Shown: positions 48,642 to 63,773 of the stretch, one piece after another
How the letters are laid out: each line of letters begins with the position of its first letter
Position numbering within the stretch: position 1 is the stretch's first letter
Assembly (NCBI GenBank): GCA_963715335.1
Contig: CAVQRZ010000022.1
Coordinates: 32,001-96,000 of the forward strand
Source of the DNA: an uncultured delta proteobacterium
GTDB lineage: Bacteria > Desulfobacterota > Desulfuromonadia > Desulfuromonadales > BM103
Length of the DNA: 64,000 nucleotides
Reading direction: 5' to 3'
Made by a program: the position numbers and the translations under genes
The notes under the pieces: model-generated
Told to the model about the DNA's origin: nothing
Database searches by the model: none
Seen by the model: only the letters and a program-made list of their open reading frames with translations

Positions 48642-49774
48642 TAGAGGACCTCCTTGACTTTGGCCATGATCTGCCCGGGATTGATCGGCTCACCATCGAC
48701 CCGGCCTTCATGGACCACAACACAGTTGCCTTTGGCAACGCGCTCAACTTCGAAAACCATCTGGCCAAGGTTCATCTCCGCAACCACGATGGCCTTGACC
48801 TTTTTTGCCAACTCGGCAGTCCGTTGTACCGGGAACGGCCAGAGGGTGATGGCGCGGAACATGCCGGCCTTGATCCCCTCTTTGCGCAGTTCGTTGACCG
48901 CATAGCGTGCTGAACGGGCGGTCGAACCGAAAGACCAGATAATCACTTCCGCGTCTTCGGTCAAGTACTCCTCGTACGACTCGATGTCAGCGATGTTGTC
49001 CATGACCTTGGCGATCTGGCGACGCTCTTCCGCCTCAACCAGGCTGGCCTTGGTGGTCGGGAAACCATCATCAGCCTTGTTCAGGCCGGTGACATGGTAT
49101 TTGTACTCGGAACCGAAGGCAGCCAGCGGCGGAACTTGACCCTTGGTGGAATCGTAGGGTTTGTAGTCTGCGGGGCTGACCGAAGGAGCTTCGCGATCGA
49201 TAACTTCCAGTTCGCCCGGTTCGGGGAATACAATGCGCTCGCGCATGTGGCCGACGATCTCGTCAAAGAGAACCTGTACCGGCATGCGGTATTTTTCGGC
49301 GAGGTTGAAGGCGCGGACCGTCTCGGAGAAAATCTCCTGGCAGGATGCCGGTACCAGGGCGATGGCGGCATGGTCACCGTGGGTGCCCCACATGGCCTGC
49401 ATGACATCGGACTGGCCTGGTCCGGTCGGCATGCCGGTCGAAGGACCGCCACGCATAACGTTGATGATGACGCAGGGGACTTCGGCGATGCAGGCATAGC
49501 CGATCAGTTCCTGCTTGAGGGAGACGCCGGGCCCGGAAGTCGCGGTAATCGACTTGGCACCGGTCAGAGATGCGCCGATGACTGAAGCCATAGCGCCAAT
49601 CTCGTCTTCCATCTGGATGAATTTGCCACCGACCTTGGGAAGTTCGATTGACAGAACTTCTGCGACTTCGGTCGAGGGGGTGATGGGGTAACCACCGAAA
49701 AACTTGGCGCCGGCATAGACTGCACCCATCGCACAAGCTTCGTTCCCCTGTAACAGAGCAACTTTCTTAGCCAC
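48641..49774 (-). CDS. korA: 2-oxoglutarate:ferredoxin oxidoreductase alpha subunit
   Basis: GYPITPSTE, QMEDE, TSGPG, RGGPSTG, EMNLGQ. Confidence 0.93.
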   Translation of the reverse strand: MAKKVALLQGNEACAMGAVYAGAKFFGGYPITPSTEVAEVLSIELPKVGGKFIQMEDEIGAMASVIGASLTGAKSITATSGPGVSLKQELIGYACIAEVPCVIINVMRGGPSTGMPTGPGQSDVMQAMWGTHGDHAAIALVPASCQEIFSETVRAFNLAEKYRMPVQVLFDEIVGHMRERIVFPEPGELEVIDREAPSVSPADYKPYDSTKGQVPPLAAFGSEYKYHVTGLNKADDGFPTTKASLVEAEERRQIAKVMDNIADIESYEEYLTEDAEVIIWSFGSTARSARYAVNELRKEGIKAGMFRAITLWPFPVQRTAELAKKVKAIVVAEMNLGQMVFEVERVAKGNCVVVHEGRVDGEPINPGQIMAKVKEVL

Positions 49775-49804
49775 GTTCACTCTCCTTGTATAGAAATGGG
49801 TCGT

Positions 49805-49996
49805 TTACTCGTCATGGACCTTGATGGCGAAGTCCGGGCAGAGCAGTTCACACTGCATGCACTTGATGCAGTCTTCCGGCCTTGGGGCTGTGACCAGGAA
49901 GACGTCCATCTCCAGGACATCCTTCGGGCAGAATTCGACGCATATGCTGCAACCTTTGCAGTTACGCTCGATAATTTCGAGTCTTGCACCACTCAT
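49805..49996 (-). CDS. korD: 2-oxoglutarate:ferredoxin oxidoreductase delta (2x[4Fe-4S]) subunit
   Basis: CKGCSICVEFCP and CIKCMQCELLCP; AAGGAG RBS. Confidence 0.9.
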   Translation of the reverse strand: MSGARLEIIERNCKGCSICVEFCPKDVLEMDVFLVTAPRPEDCIKCMQCELLCPDFAIKVHDE

Positions 49997-50093
49997 TCTG
50001 GTTCGTCTCCTTTGTACTTGAATTTTCGCTGAAAACAGCGGATTTTGCGGCGAAAACATATCACAAGTGGTCAAGCTACGCCACAATAATTTT

Positions 50094-50106
50094 TGTATAC
50101 AGTATA
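50094..50106. promoter_or_regulatory. TGTATACAGTATA operator-like motif upstream of korD
   Basis: Identical 13-mer upstream of icd (53572-53584). Confidence 0.65.
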
Positions 50107-50176
50107 TTTTTTCAGCGGGCTTGTCCTGATTCAATAAGTACCTGAAATTTATGCGAAATTGCAGTCTGAATAAGAA

Positions 50177-50204
50177 AGAAGGGCAATGTTGCCATTGCCC
50201 TTCT
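50177..50204 (-). terminator. Terminator after mdh
   Basis: agaagggcaatg-ttgc-cattgcccttct with a U-rich tail on the minus strand. Confidence 0.75.
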
Positions 50205-50232
50205 CCGGACTCAAGAAAGAGGCCAAGGCGGC

Positions 50233-51201
<969 letters not shown>

Positions 51202-51258
51202 CTAGATTAGTTGGATAAGTAATCGGGACGGAGCATTGCTGCTCCGTCCCGGCCGTTA

Positions 51259-53482
<2,224 letters not shown>

Positions 53483-53571
53483 GTTCTCTCTCTCCTTAGA
53501 AGTTTTTATATCAGTATTGCCAGAGGCAGAATGTCAAAATAAAAAATGCGCAAGGAGGCCTTGCGGAAAGG

Positions 53572-53606
53572 TGTATACAGTATACAAATGGCTTTTGGGC
53601 TGTCAA
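53572..53606 (-). promoter_or_regulatory. sigma70 promoter (TTGACA-N16-TATACT) overlapped by the TGTATACAGTATACA motif
   Basis: tgtcaa at 53601-53606 and agtata at 53579-53584. Confidence 0.65.
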
Positions 53607-53828
53607 GGAAAAAGTGTGACGGGTTTCCCGACCAAAACAGTGGGAAAGGTAATCAAAAGATAACATATTTATAGCTGATGGCAGGGGCTTGGCAACAACA
53701 TGCGTTAGCGTGCAAAAAAGCCCGCAGTACGGAGTTTTTTAATCCTTGCGGGCTGGTACGAAAAAATCGGGCCGGTAACAGAATGACGGGAATGCAGATA
53801 GAAAAAGACTGCTGATGATAACAGCTTT

Positions 53829-54536
53829 TTACTGGCCTGGAGGAGTGGCTCCGGGGAGAGGAAAAATATCAGATTCCCGTGCTTTCTGGCGAGCGTCTTC
53901 AAGTTCTTCCTTGGTCATGTCGCGACGGATGCCGAGGGCCTGGCCAGGGAATATCTGGCGGGGATCCTTGATCTGGTCACGGTTGGCCTGATAGAGCAGG
54001 GGCCAGAGCAACCCTTCGCCGTAGACCTGGGGTTGCGCTGAAATCGTCCAGAGGTTTTCTCCTTCACCAACCTTGTATTCCGCGACCAGCTCAACTTTTG
54101 GCTTGGGCACAGGGGCGGCGGGCACGGGGACGGGTTTTGCGGCCGGTATTTTTTTCTCTTCTTTCGTGCCAGCTTTTTCTGCCTGGGCTTTTTTCAGTTC
54201 AGTCTGGCGGACTTTTTCCGCTTCGATCGCCTTCTGCTCCTCTTCCTGTTTGAGCCTTGCCTGGCTCTCTGCAGTGAGAACAATGGCACGCCGGGCATGC
54301 TGAAGTGCGTACTCGATCGAATCCCGGGCGCTGCCGTACTCGGCCTTGTCCATGGCCCTGTGTGCGTCATTCAGAGCGGTATGCGCAGCCTGGTATTCGG
54401 CCGGAGCAAAGTCCATGGCCTGTAACTCCTGGGCTCTTTTGACCATGTACTCTGCCACATCCAGTTCCTTGTGCGGTGGTTTGGCGCAGGAAATCAGCAA
54501 TGCGACAAGAGTGAATATAAACAGGTGGCGCAACAT
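53829..54536 (-). CDS. Lipoprotein with DUF4398-like helical region and LysM domain
   Basis: Lipobox LISC; YKVGEGENLWTIS..LYQANRDQIKDPRQIFPGQ. Confidence 0.85.
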   Translation of the reverse strand: MLRHLFIFTLVALLISCAKPPHKELDVAEYMVKRAQELQAMDFAPAEYQAAHTALNDAHRAMDKAEYGSARDSIEYALQHARRAIVLTAESQARLKQEEEQKAIEAEKVRQTELKKAQAEKAGTKEEKKIPAAKPVPVPAAPVPKPKVELVAEYKVGEGENLWTISAQPQVYGEGLLWPLLYQANRDQIKDPRQIFPGQALGIRRDMTKEELEDARQKARESDIFPLPGATPPGQ

Positions 54537-54565
54537 ATGATTGGCAATCCGTTTCAAATCCGGAA

Positions 54566-56368
<1,803 letters not shown>

Positions 56369-56464
56369 AGGGGTAACTCCTTATAAATATTGACTATTTT
56401 CGTTCGCATGAAGACGCGTGTCCGCCAGGACAAGCGAGCATTATATCGGTGCCATAAAAGGGCG

Positions 56465-57724
56465 TCAAGCACCATCAATCTCTTTGCGGAGGAGGTCTTC
56501 AAGACGGCCCAGCTCAACTTCATCCTGACGGCTTTCATCCATATACCGCAACTGCGCCACTCCGCGTTGCAGTTCGTCTTCGCCGAGAATCAGAACCCTC
56601 TTCGCCTTGAGTTTGTCGGCGCGACGCAACTGGGCCTTCAGGCTCTTGCCGGTATATTCCATCTCAACCGGGATGCCACGGCGCTGCAGTTGCGTCAGCA
56701 GGGAGAAACCGGCGTTGGTGGCCGCTTCGCCGAGGGTTGCGATAAAGAGCTCCGGACGGGGTGGCTCGATGCTCTGTTCGCCAAGCATCAGGGCCAGTCG
56801 TTCCAGGCCGATGGCAAAACCGATTCCCGGAAGCTCAGGACCGCCCAGATCGCGGATCAGGCCGTCGTAGCGGCCGCCTGCCGCGACAGCATTCTGGGCG
56901 CCAAGGCTTCCGGTCACCATCTCGAAGGTCGTTTTGGTGTAATAGTCAAGCCCTCTCACCATGCGGGCGTTGACGACGTAAGCGACGTCCAGTGCGTCGA
57001 GATGGCCCTTGACCTGGCCAAAGTGTGTTTCACAGCCGATACAGAGGTTGTCCAGCATGGCCGGTGCTTCGACCGTGGCCTCCTTGCAACCAGCAACCTT
57101 GCAATCGAGTACCCGTAGCGGGTTGCTGGCGTAGCGGCGCTGGCAATCGGCACAGAGGTACGACAGGCGCTGATCGAGAAAGTCGGTCAGTGCTGCACGA
57201 TAAGTCGGCCGGCATTCCGGGCAGCCGAGGGAATTGATTTGCAGCGATACATCCGGAATCTTCGTTGTGGTGAAATAATGGCTGAGCATAGCCAGGACCT
57301 GGGCGTCGATTTTCGGGTCGTCGACCCCGATGACCTCCGCACCAATCTGGTGGAACTGGCGATAACGCCCTTTTTGCGGTCGCTCGTGACGGAACATCGG
57401 GCCGATGTAATAGAGCTTTGAAACCGGGTCCTGGGTGTGCAGTTTGTGCTGGATAAAGGCGCGCATCACCGGAGCGGTGCCTTCCGGGCGCAACGTCATG
57501 GAAGTGCCGCCCTTATCCGTAAAGGTATACATCTCCTTCTCGACGATATCGGTGGTTTCACCGATCGAGCGGCAGAAGAGGTCAGTTTTTTCAACCACCG
57601 GGACACGGATTTCACGGTAGCCGAAAGCGCCGAAAACCCTGCGGGCCTGCTCTTCCAGGTGCTGCCAGGTTTCGATGTCGCCGGGCAGAATGTCGTTCAT
57701 GCCCTTGATGCCGGTAATGCTCAC
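56465..57724 (-). CDS. hisS: Histidine--tRNA ligase
   Basis: LRPEGTA, FRHERPQKGRYRQF, VRGLDYY, AGGRYD. Confidence 0.97.
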   Translation of the reverse strand: MSITGIKGMNDILPGDIETWQHLEEQARRVFGAFGYREIRVPVVEKTDLFCRSIGETTDIVEKEMYTFTDKGGTSMTLRPEGTAPVMRAFIQHKLHTQDPVSKLYYIGPMFRHERPQKGRYRQFHQIGAEVIGVDDPKIDAQVLAMLSHYFTTTKIPDVSLQINSLGCPECRPTYRAALTDFLDQRLSYLCADCQRRYASNPLRVLDCKVAGCKEATVEAPAMLDNLCIGCETHFGQVKGHLDALDVAYVVNARMVRGLDYYTKTTFEMVTGSLGAQNAVAAGGRYDGLIRDLGGPELPGIGFAIGLERLALMLGEQSIEPPRPELFIATLGEAATNAGFSLLTQLQRRGIPVEMEYTGKSLKAQLRRADKLKAKRVLILGEDELQRGVAQLRYMDESRQDEVELGRLEDLLRKEIDGA

Positions 57725-57746
57725 TTTAGAAACTCCGAATCTCTGG

Positions 57747-57814
57747 GTATCCAGAATCCAGTATCAAGTAGCAGGAACATGTCTCAACAAGACTCTGTTC
57801 TGGCTACTGAATAC
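57747..57814. repeat. Degenerate heptamer array with an inverted partner
   Basis: gtatccagaatccagtatcaagtag ... ttctggctactgaatac. Confidence 0.5.
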
Positions 57815-57968
57815 AGTTGATCTTCATTGGTAGGGCTTTTTACTCGTTCCCGAGCAGCCCGTCAACCAGGTAAACGGCTGCGACGGTGTTTTTCCTCTTA
57901 GACCAGGTACGTTTGGCAGAAAAACGATGCGTGATTCGCCCCGGGCAAGGCAGCCTGGGCGTTTTGGA

Positions 57969-59342
57969 TTATGTGCCGCTTATCTCCGAGGCACTTCGTG
58001 AGACGTTGCGGTCATGTTTGCCCATATACATGGCCTTGTCCGCCAGTTCTATCATCTCGTTCTTGGTGGTTGCGTGGATCGGGTAGGTGGCGTGGCCAAC
58101 TGTCGCCGTCAGACGGCCGGTATTGTTGTGCCCGGTGGAGAAATCATAGCTCTCGATGGTGGCCCGGATGCGTTCGGCAACAATTTTGGAGCTTCGGGTG
58201 CCGGTCTCCACCAGAAGGGCGGTAAATTCATCACCACCATAACGGAACAGCATGTCGGCGTCACGGACGCACTCCCGCAACAGATTTCCCACCTGGCGCA
58301 GAACGTCGCTACCGATCAAGTGGCCATGCTCATCGTTGATCCCTTTGAAGAGGTCAAGGTCGATGAATGCGAGTGAAAACTCGAGGCCATAGCGTTCAGA
58401 ACGGTTGATCTCATGTTCCAGGGCGATGTGCAGGTAGCGATGATTGTAGAGACCGGTCAAGTCATCAATGTAAATCAATTCACGCGCACCATGAAACTGG
58501 CATGCGTTCTTGAAGCCGATTGCGACCTGCTCGGAAAGGAAGGACAGGTTCTCTATCGGCAAGACATCGGGCATCTCGGAGCCCCTGGGATTGCAAAGGG
58601 CCAGCGCACCATGTTCCTGGTTTTCCGTGTTCATCGGGAAGATCCACATGGTTTTCAGATCTGGGAATTCACTGTAAATGTCGGGATAGTCGGGAACTCG
58701 AAGGAGCGTCGCCTGCGGCATGACGGAGGTGTGCTCAATCAGTAAATTAGCCAACCTCCTGGCCTGATCATCGTCAAAATCCACCGCACCAATATGACTG
58801 GGTCCGTTCTGATTGGACAGAAAGGCCAGCCCTCGGCCCTGTCCCACTTCGTTTAAAAGAGTGCTTAGGGATTCCTGGAAGAGCGTATCGACATCGAGTT
58901 GAGCAGAGAGGTGTTGGCCCCTCTGGTAAAGCCGAATCTGGCTGTGCAGCAGACTGTTCTCGGCCAGCAGACGGCGCTGTTCGACACAACTCTTAATCGT
59001 ATGCAGCAACTGCTCGGGATTACAAGGCTTGATCAGGTAATCGCGCGCACCGCCTTTCAAAGCTTCGATTGCAGTTTCTACTGTGGCGTTGCCGGTGGCC
59101 AGGATGATGTCCGGAGCCGGATTGATGGAACGGGTGCGGCGGATCAACTCCAGACCGCAGACTTCCGGCATGACCATGTCAGTGAGGATGACGTCGACCT
59201 GCTTGCGAGCCAGGTAGTCGAGGGCTGTTTTGCCTGAATCGACCGCCTCTATTTCATACCGGTCGCCTTCCGCAAGGATTTCGGTGAACAGGCGTCTGAA
59301 GAACACCTCGTCGTCGACAATCAGAATTCGTGGTTTTGACAT
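57969..59342 (-). CDS. gacA: Receiver plus Hypr GGDEF dinucleotide cyclase (GacA-like 3',3'-cGAMP synthase)
   Basis: REC domain; NDEHGHLIGS with Ser replacing the usual Asp; RDAD I-site; GGDEF; lies between comEC and hisS. Confidence 0.85.
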   Translation of the reverse strand: MSKPRILIVDDEVFFRRLFTEILAEGDRYEIEAVDSGKTALDYLARKQVDVILTDMVMPEVCGLELIRRTRSINPAPDIILATGNATVETAIEALKGGARDYLIKPCNPEQLLHTIKSCVEQRRLLAENSLLHSQIRLYQRGQHLSAQLDVDTLFQESLSTLLNEVGQGRGLAFLSNQNGPSHIGAVDFDDDQARRLANLLIEHTSVMPQATLLRVPDYPDIYSEFPDLKTMWIFPMNTENQEHGALALCNPRGSEMPDVLPIENLSFLSEQVAIGFKNACQFHGARELIYIDDLTGLYNHRYLHIALEHEINRSERYGLEFSLAFIDLDLFKGINDEHGHLIGSDVLRQVGNLLRECVRDADMLFRYGGDEFTALLVETGTRSSKIVAERIRATIESYDFSTGHNNTGRLTATVGHATYPIHATTKNEMIELADKAMYMGKHDRNVSRSASEISGT

Positions 59343-59389
59343 TTATCGCCCCGACTAAATAAGTCAGTACGCTACCAAACTCACTGAAA

Positions 59390-61759
59390 TTAGTCAATTC
59401 TAAAGCCTTTTTTGTTTGCGTGAAGCACCTGCCATTCCCCGTTCTGAAGGCGAAACCCAAGCATTCCCAGCAGGTCTGTCCGGTAAACAGGGATTTGTCG
59501 TTTTGCACAGGCTTCTATGGTTTCCCTGTGCGGAAAACCGTATGGATTGCCTTGCCCGGCCGAAACGAAGGCTACGGATGGCCTTAATTCTTCCAGGTAT
59601 AAGTCTGGGAAAGCGTGTCGACTGCCGTGATGGGGCAATTTCAGCAGATTGACGTTGCCCACTATACCACTGGCCAGTATTTGCCGGAGCCCTGCTCTTC
59701 CCATATCGGCAGTTAGCAGGACTCTCTGGTCAAGTTGCCTGGCATAGACGGCAATGGATCGCTCATTTAAGTCGGTTGCTTTCTGGTCGGGGACGAAGAG
59801 ACTGAGTTCGTGCCTGGCGTCCTGTCGAATGTACGACCAGCCTTCATCAAGCCTGAAAACCGGGATTCCATGCTGTTGCAGTGCCCGTTGCAGGCCTTTG
59901 TCGAGCTCTGTGGTGTTTGCGGCGTGGTAGAATCGTCCAACCGGGAATCGCTCAACGATGAAGGTCAGCCCGGCGGCGTGGTCCGGGTGGTTATGGGTCA
60001 GAACTATACCATCGAGATGGTCAATTCCCATCCGGCCGAGTGCCGGGGCGATCAATTGTTCCCCCGGATCGATGTTGGAGCCTGGCAGGCCGCCGCCGTC
60101 AACCAGGTAGTGAACGTCCTCTGCCAGGGACACCAGGGTCGCATCCCCCTGGCCGACACTCAGAGCGGTCACCTGGAAATCAGCCGGTCGGATGTACAGC
60201 ATGGATGCGGCAGCTGCAGTCGTGAGCAGAATGCAGATACGCCAAGCCAAGCGGCGTCGCACCGAGGGCAACGGCAACATGGCGATCAGGAGCCCGCCTA
60301 GCAGAGACAGCTTTACCGGGGTCATATACACAGGGATTGCCGCAAGCCACGGAACCTGGGTGATTCCGGCGACCCCGGCCATGGTAATATCCACCATCCA
60401 TGCGGCTGTCAGCAGAAGCCACTCGGCAGACGCTGCGTCAAGCGGCAGGGCCGCCATGCCTGTCAGCCCAAAGGGAACGGCACCCCAGGCAATCAGAGGG
60501 ATGGCAAACAGGTTCGACAGGGGGCCGGCAGGGGCAAACAGGTGGAAGTGCCACAAGGTTGCCGGCAACGTTGCCATGCTGGCAGCAACGGTGGTCAGCA
60601 TCAGCATCAAGGGCCAACGGAACTTTCTCGACATTCCGTCAGTCAAAGACCTCCAACCCGGCAACCAGGCAAGGATGCCGATGACCCCTGCAAACGAAAG
60701 CTGGAAGCCCGGTTGGAAAAGGGCCAGGGGATCGCAGATCAACAGGCATAAAGCCACGCTGGCAAGCATGCTGAAAGGCGGAGTGCGACGTCCGTATGCA
60801 ATCAGCAGTGCGACGCAGCCGACCATCAGAAAGGCCCGGCGTGTTGCCCAGGCGTTGCCTGTCAAAACCAGGTATCCCGCCAGGGGGAAGAGCAGGACGA
60901 CCGGCAGGATTCTTTGCGGTGGGCACCAGAGCACCAGGCGCGTGCTGCGGGTGTAGAGCCATCTGCCAACCTGGTACAGGAGTATGGCCAATAATCCGAA
61001 ATGCAGCCCGGAGATGGCAAACAGGTGGGCGATTCCGCTCTCAGACAGGATTCTTCGCTGTTCTGGCTTAACCCCACCCCGGAGCCCGAGCAGCAGCGAC
61101 TGCAATAAACCGGCTTGCTCCTCCGGTACGCACGACCGGATTGACTCTGCCAGATCAAGTCGCAGGTTCTCGACCAAGGCGCTCTTGCTGAGCGGGTGGT
61201 TGACCACTATGCCCAAATCATCGGCGGAGGGGATGAACCCGGTCGCATGAATTCCCTGCGCTGCAAGGTAAAGCGGATAATCAAATTCTCCCGGGTTGCC
61301 GAACCTGGCTGGTCGGCGCAACTTCGATCGCCAGCGGATGATCTGGCCGGGACGCGCCAGAAGGTCCCCCCCCTCAATGTACAATAGGATCTTGCCGCAA
61401 ACTTCTCTGCTACGGCCTTCTTCGAAGAGACGCAGGGCTTCTGTAAAAAGCCGGTACCCTCCCGTGCTCCTGTATTCTGCAGCCACGACTCTGGCCTCGA
61501 CAGCCAGGGGAAGATCACCTGTAAAACGACCGATGTGATTGCTTCGTACGGGGGCGGTCAGCCACTGGCTGGCATTGATGAAACCGGCAAGCAGGAGAAT
61601 TCCGAGTAACGGCAGAGTCGCCCAGCGGGACCGTCTCAGTGATAGCCAGGTCAGAAAGAGCAGCCCCGAGGTCAGGGTCTGACCGGTAACGCCCCACGGT
61701 GCGACAAAGCGCACCATGGCGATGCCGGTCGCATATGCGCCCAGCAGCAGGACGGGCAT
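59390..61759 (-). CDS. comEC: Competence protein ComEC/Rec2
   Basis: NPGEFDY, HLFAISGLH, GFQLSF, VGQGDA, THNHPDH, PHHGS, YGFPH. Confidence 0.95.
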   Translation of the reverse strand: MPVLLLGAYATGIAMVRFVAPWGVTGQTLTSGLLFLTWLSLRRSRWATLPLLGILLLAGFINASQWLTAPVRSNHIGRFTGDLPLAVEARVVAAEYRSTGGYRLFTEALRLFEEGRSREVCGKILLYIEGGDLLARPGQIIRWRSKLRRPARFGNPGEFDYPLYLAAQGIHATGFIPSADDLGIVVNHPLSKSALVENLRLDLAESIRSCVPEEQAGLLQSLLLGLRGGVKPEQRRILSESGIAHLFAISGLHFGLLAILLYQVGRWLYTRSTRLVLWCPPQRILPVVLLFPLAGYLVLTGNAWATRRAFLMVGCVALLIAYGRRTPPFSMLASVALCLLICDPLALFQPGFQLSFAGVIGILAWLPGWRSLTDGMSRKFRWPLMLMLTTVAASMATLPATLWHFHLFAPAGPLSNLFAIPLIAWGAVPFGLTGMAALPLDAASAEWLLLTAAWMVDITMAGVAGITQVPWLAAIPVYMTPVKLSLLGGLLIAMLPLPSVRRRLAWRICILLTTAAAASMLYIRPADFQVTALSVGQGDATLVSLAEDVHYLVDGGGLPGSNIDPGEQLIAPALGRMGIDHLDGIVLTHNHPDHAAGLTFIVERFPVGRFYHAANTTELDKGLQRALQQHGIPVFRLDEGWSYIRQDARHELSLFVPDQKATDLNERSIAVYARQLDQRVLLTADMGRAGLRQILASGIVGNVNLLKLPHHGSRHAFPDLYLEELRPSVAFVSAGQGNPYGFPHRETIEACAKRQIPVYRTDLLGMLGFRLQNGEWQVLHANKKGFRID

Positions 61760-62139
61760 CGCGAACTAGCGTTCGATGCCTGGCGCTGCCAGAAGGGCAG
61801 TGGCTGAGGGGCTGGGTTGAATGTCGTTTGCCGAACTCACCGGGAAAACCGGTAAATCCAGAGCAAAGCAAAGATTGACGGCGTATCGAAAGATTGGATG
61901 CGGTTGCATGTTGAGGTCCCTCCTTCAGTGAATATCAGTTGATAACATTTAAGGCTTGATTTTATCACAGCGAATCGGCCCTGGAAAGGCCTGTTTAGCA
62001 GGTGAAGGTGGCCGAGGGCTCCTTTAGTGCCAGGATGCTTGTCTCTCACCATCCCTGGCCCATGGTCCTGCTTAATTGTTTGTATGTCGAGGCCATCTTT
62101 TAGTAAACTCAGAGCACCCAATATGCGGAGAACCACACG

Positions 62140-63591
62140 ATGACATTCCACCGTTGCGTCTTTTTGATTCTGGCCCTGTGCGGCATGCTGACGTTAGCCG
62201 GCTGTGCTGTCAATCCGGTCACCGGTCAGCAGCAGCTCATGTTGCTCAGCGAGCAGGATGAATCCCGGCTGGGCAGCCAGACCGACCAGTCCGTTATCGA
62301 GCAGTATGGCGTTTATGAAGATGTCGGTCTGCAAAATTATCTGCTGGAGAAGGGGCTGGCGATGGCGCGGATTTCCCACCGGCCCGACCTGAACTGGCAG
62401 TTCAAAGTCATGGACTCGCCGGTCGTCAACGCGTTTGCTGCTCCCGGTGGTTATGTGTACGTGACGCGCGGGTTGCTGGCTGCGGTCAATAACGAAGCGG
62501 AGTTGGCAGGCATCCTCGGCCATGAGATCGGCCATGTCACGGCCAGGCATTCTGCCCAGCAATACAGCAAAATGATGCTGGCCAATATAGGCTTGAGCCT
62601 TGGTCAGGAGTTCATGGGGGGGTATGGCGATATGCTTGGCCCGGTCATGGAAGCCGGCGCCGGACTGCTTTTCCTTAAATTCAGCAGGGATGACGAACGT
62701 GAGGCAGATGCGCTTGGGGTCGAATATGCGTCCCGCTCCGGGTATGATGCTGCGCGTATGGCAGACTTCTTCATAACCCTGCAAAATCAGCCTTCCGCCA
62801 ATGCCGGGCAGGGCGCGCGTCTGCCGGAATTCTTTTCCACGCACCCCAACCCGGTGAATCGTGAAGCGAATGTCCGGGCCATGGCCGTCAACTGGCAGTC
62901 GCAACTGCCTGGCCAGAAATTCCTCGTCAACCGTAACGCCTTTCTCAGCCGGATCGACGGTCTGGTCTACGGCGAGGACCCGCGCAAGGGGTTTCGCGAA
63001 GGGGACTGGTACTATCTGCCGCAATACCGGGTCCAATTGCCGATCCCCGCGCAATGGAAACTTGAACGGGAGGGGAACAACCTGCAATTGACTCATCCCG
63101 ATCGCAAGGCCGTCTGCATGGTCGCTATTCGTCCGGATAGCCAGAGCACAGAGATTGTCGCCGGCTTCCTGAAAGCGACCGGTGCGACGGTACACGGAGA
63201 CCGTTCGATAACCAACAACGGTATGCCGGCCCGCATGCTGCTGTCGACGATCGCCGACGGCGACAAGCGCGCCGTGATTGTTTCGCACTTTTACCAGAAA
63301 GGCAGAGATGTCTTTGCTTTCCACGCCATGACGGGCGCGGCCGAGTTTGATGCTTTGAAAGGGCTGATGCAGGGGCCTGCAAACGGTTTTACCGCCATGA
63401 CTGATCAGGCCAGACTGAATCGTCAGCCGCAGAGGATTGCTGTCAAATCGGTTAGCAAGCCAACAACTTTGGAGGCATTTCTGCGGGCCCTGAAGGTTGA
63501 CAGTGAACTCTGGGCCGGAATTGCCTGGCTGAATGGCCGGCAAATGTCGACAGTCCTGGCTGCCGGAGAGCAGGTTAAAGTGATTCAGTAG
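62140..63591 (+). CDS. M48 family metalloprotease lipoprotein
   Basis: LAGC lipobox, NPVTG, NAFAAPGG, GHEIGH, EREAD, STHP. Confidence 0.92.
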   Translation: MTFHRCVFLILALCGMLTLAGCAVNPVTGQQQLMLLSEQDESRLGSQTDQSVIEQYGVYEDVGLQNYLLEKGLAMARISHRPDLNWQFKVMDSPVVNAFAAPGGYVYVTRGLLAAVNNEAELAGILGHEIGHVTARHSAQQYSKMMLANIGLSLGQEFMGGYGDMLGPVMEAGAGLLFLKFSRDDEREADALGVEYASRSGYDAARMADFFITLQNQPSANAGQGARLPEFFSTHPNPVNREANVRAMAVNWQSQLPGQKFLVNRNAFLSRIDGLVYGEDPRKGFREGDWYYLPQYRVQLPIPAQWKLEREGNNLQLTHPDRKAVCMVAIRPDSQSTEIVAGFLKATGATVHGDRSITNNGMPARMLLSTIADGDKRAVIVSHFYQKGRDVFAFHAMTGAAEFDALKGLMQGPANGFTAMTDQARLNRQPQRIAVKSVSKPTTLEAFLRALKVDSELWAGIAWLNGRQMSTVLAAGEQVKVIQ

Positions 63592-63773
63592 TGCTATAGG
63601 CCTTTTGCCCTGCCCTTTTGGCAAATACGCGTCAGGATGTGAACAGCTTTTGCTTTTATTCATGGCTTGTACTATTTTGTTACTGAAGTCTCTATAATTT
63701 CGTTAGTTTGAGCGGATGGCATGCAGTGCGCATGCTGTGAACTTGTCAACATTTTATGGCTAGGGGAAAGCTA

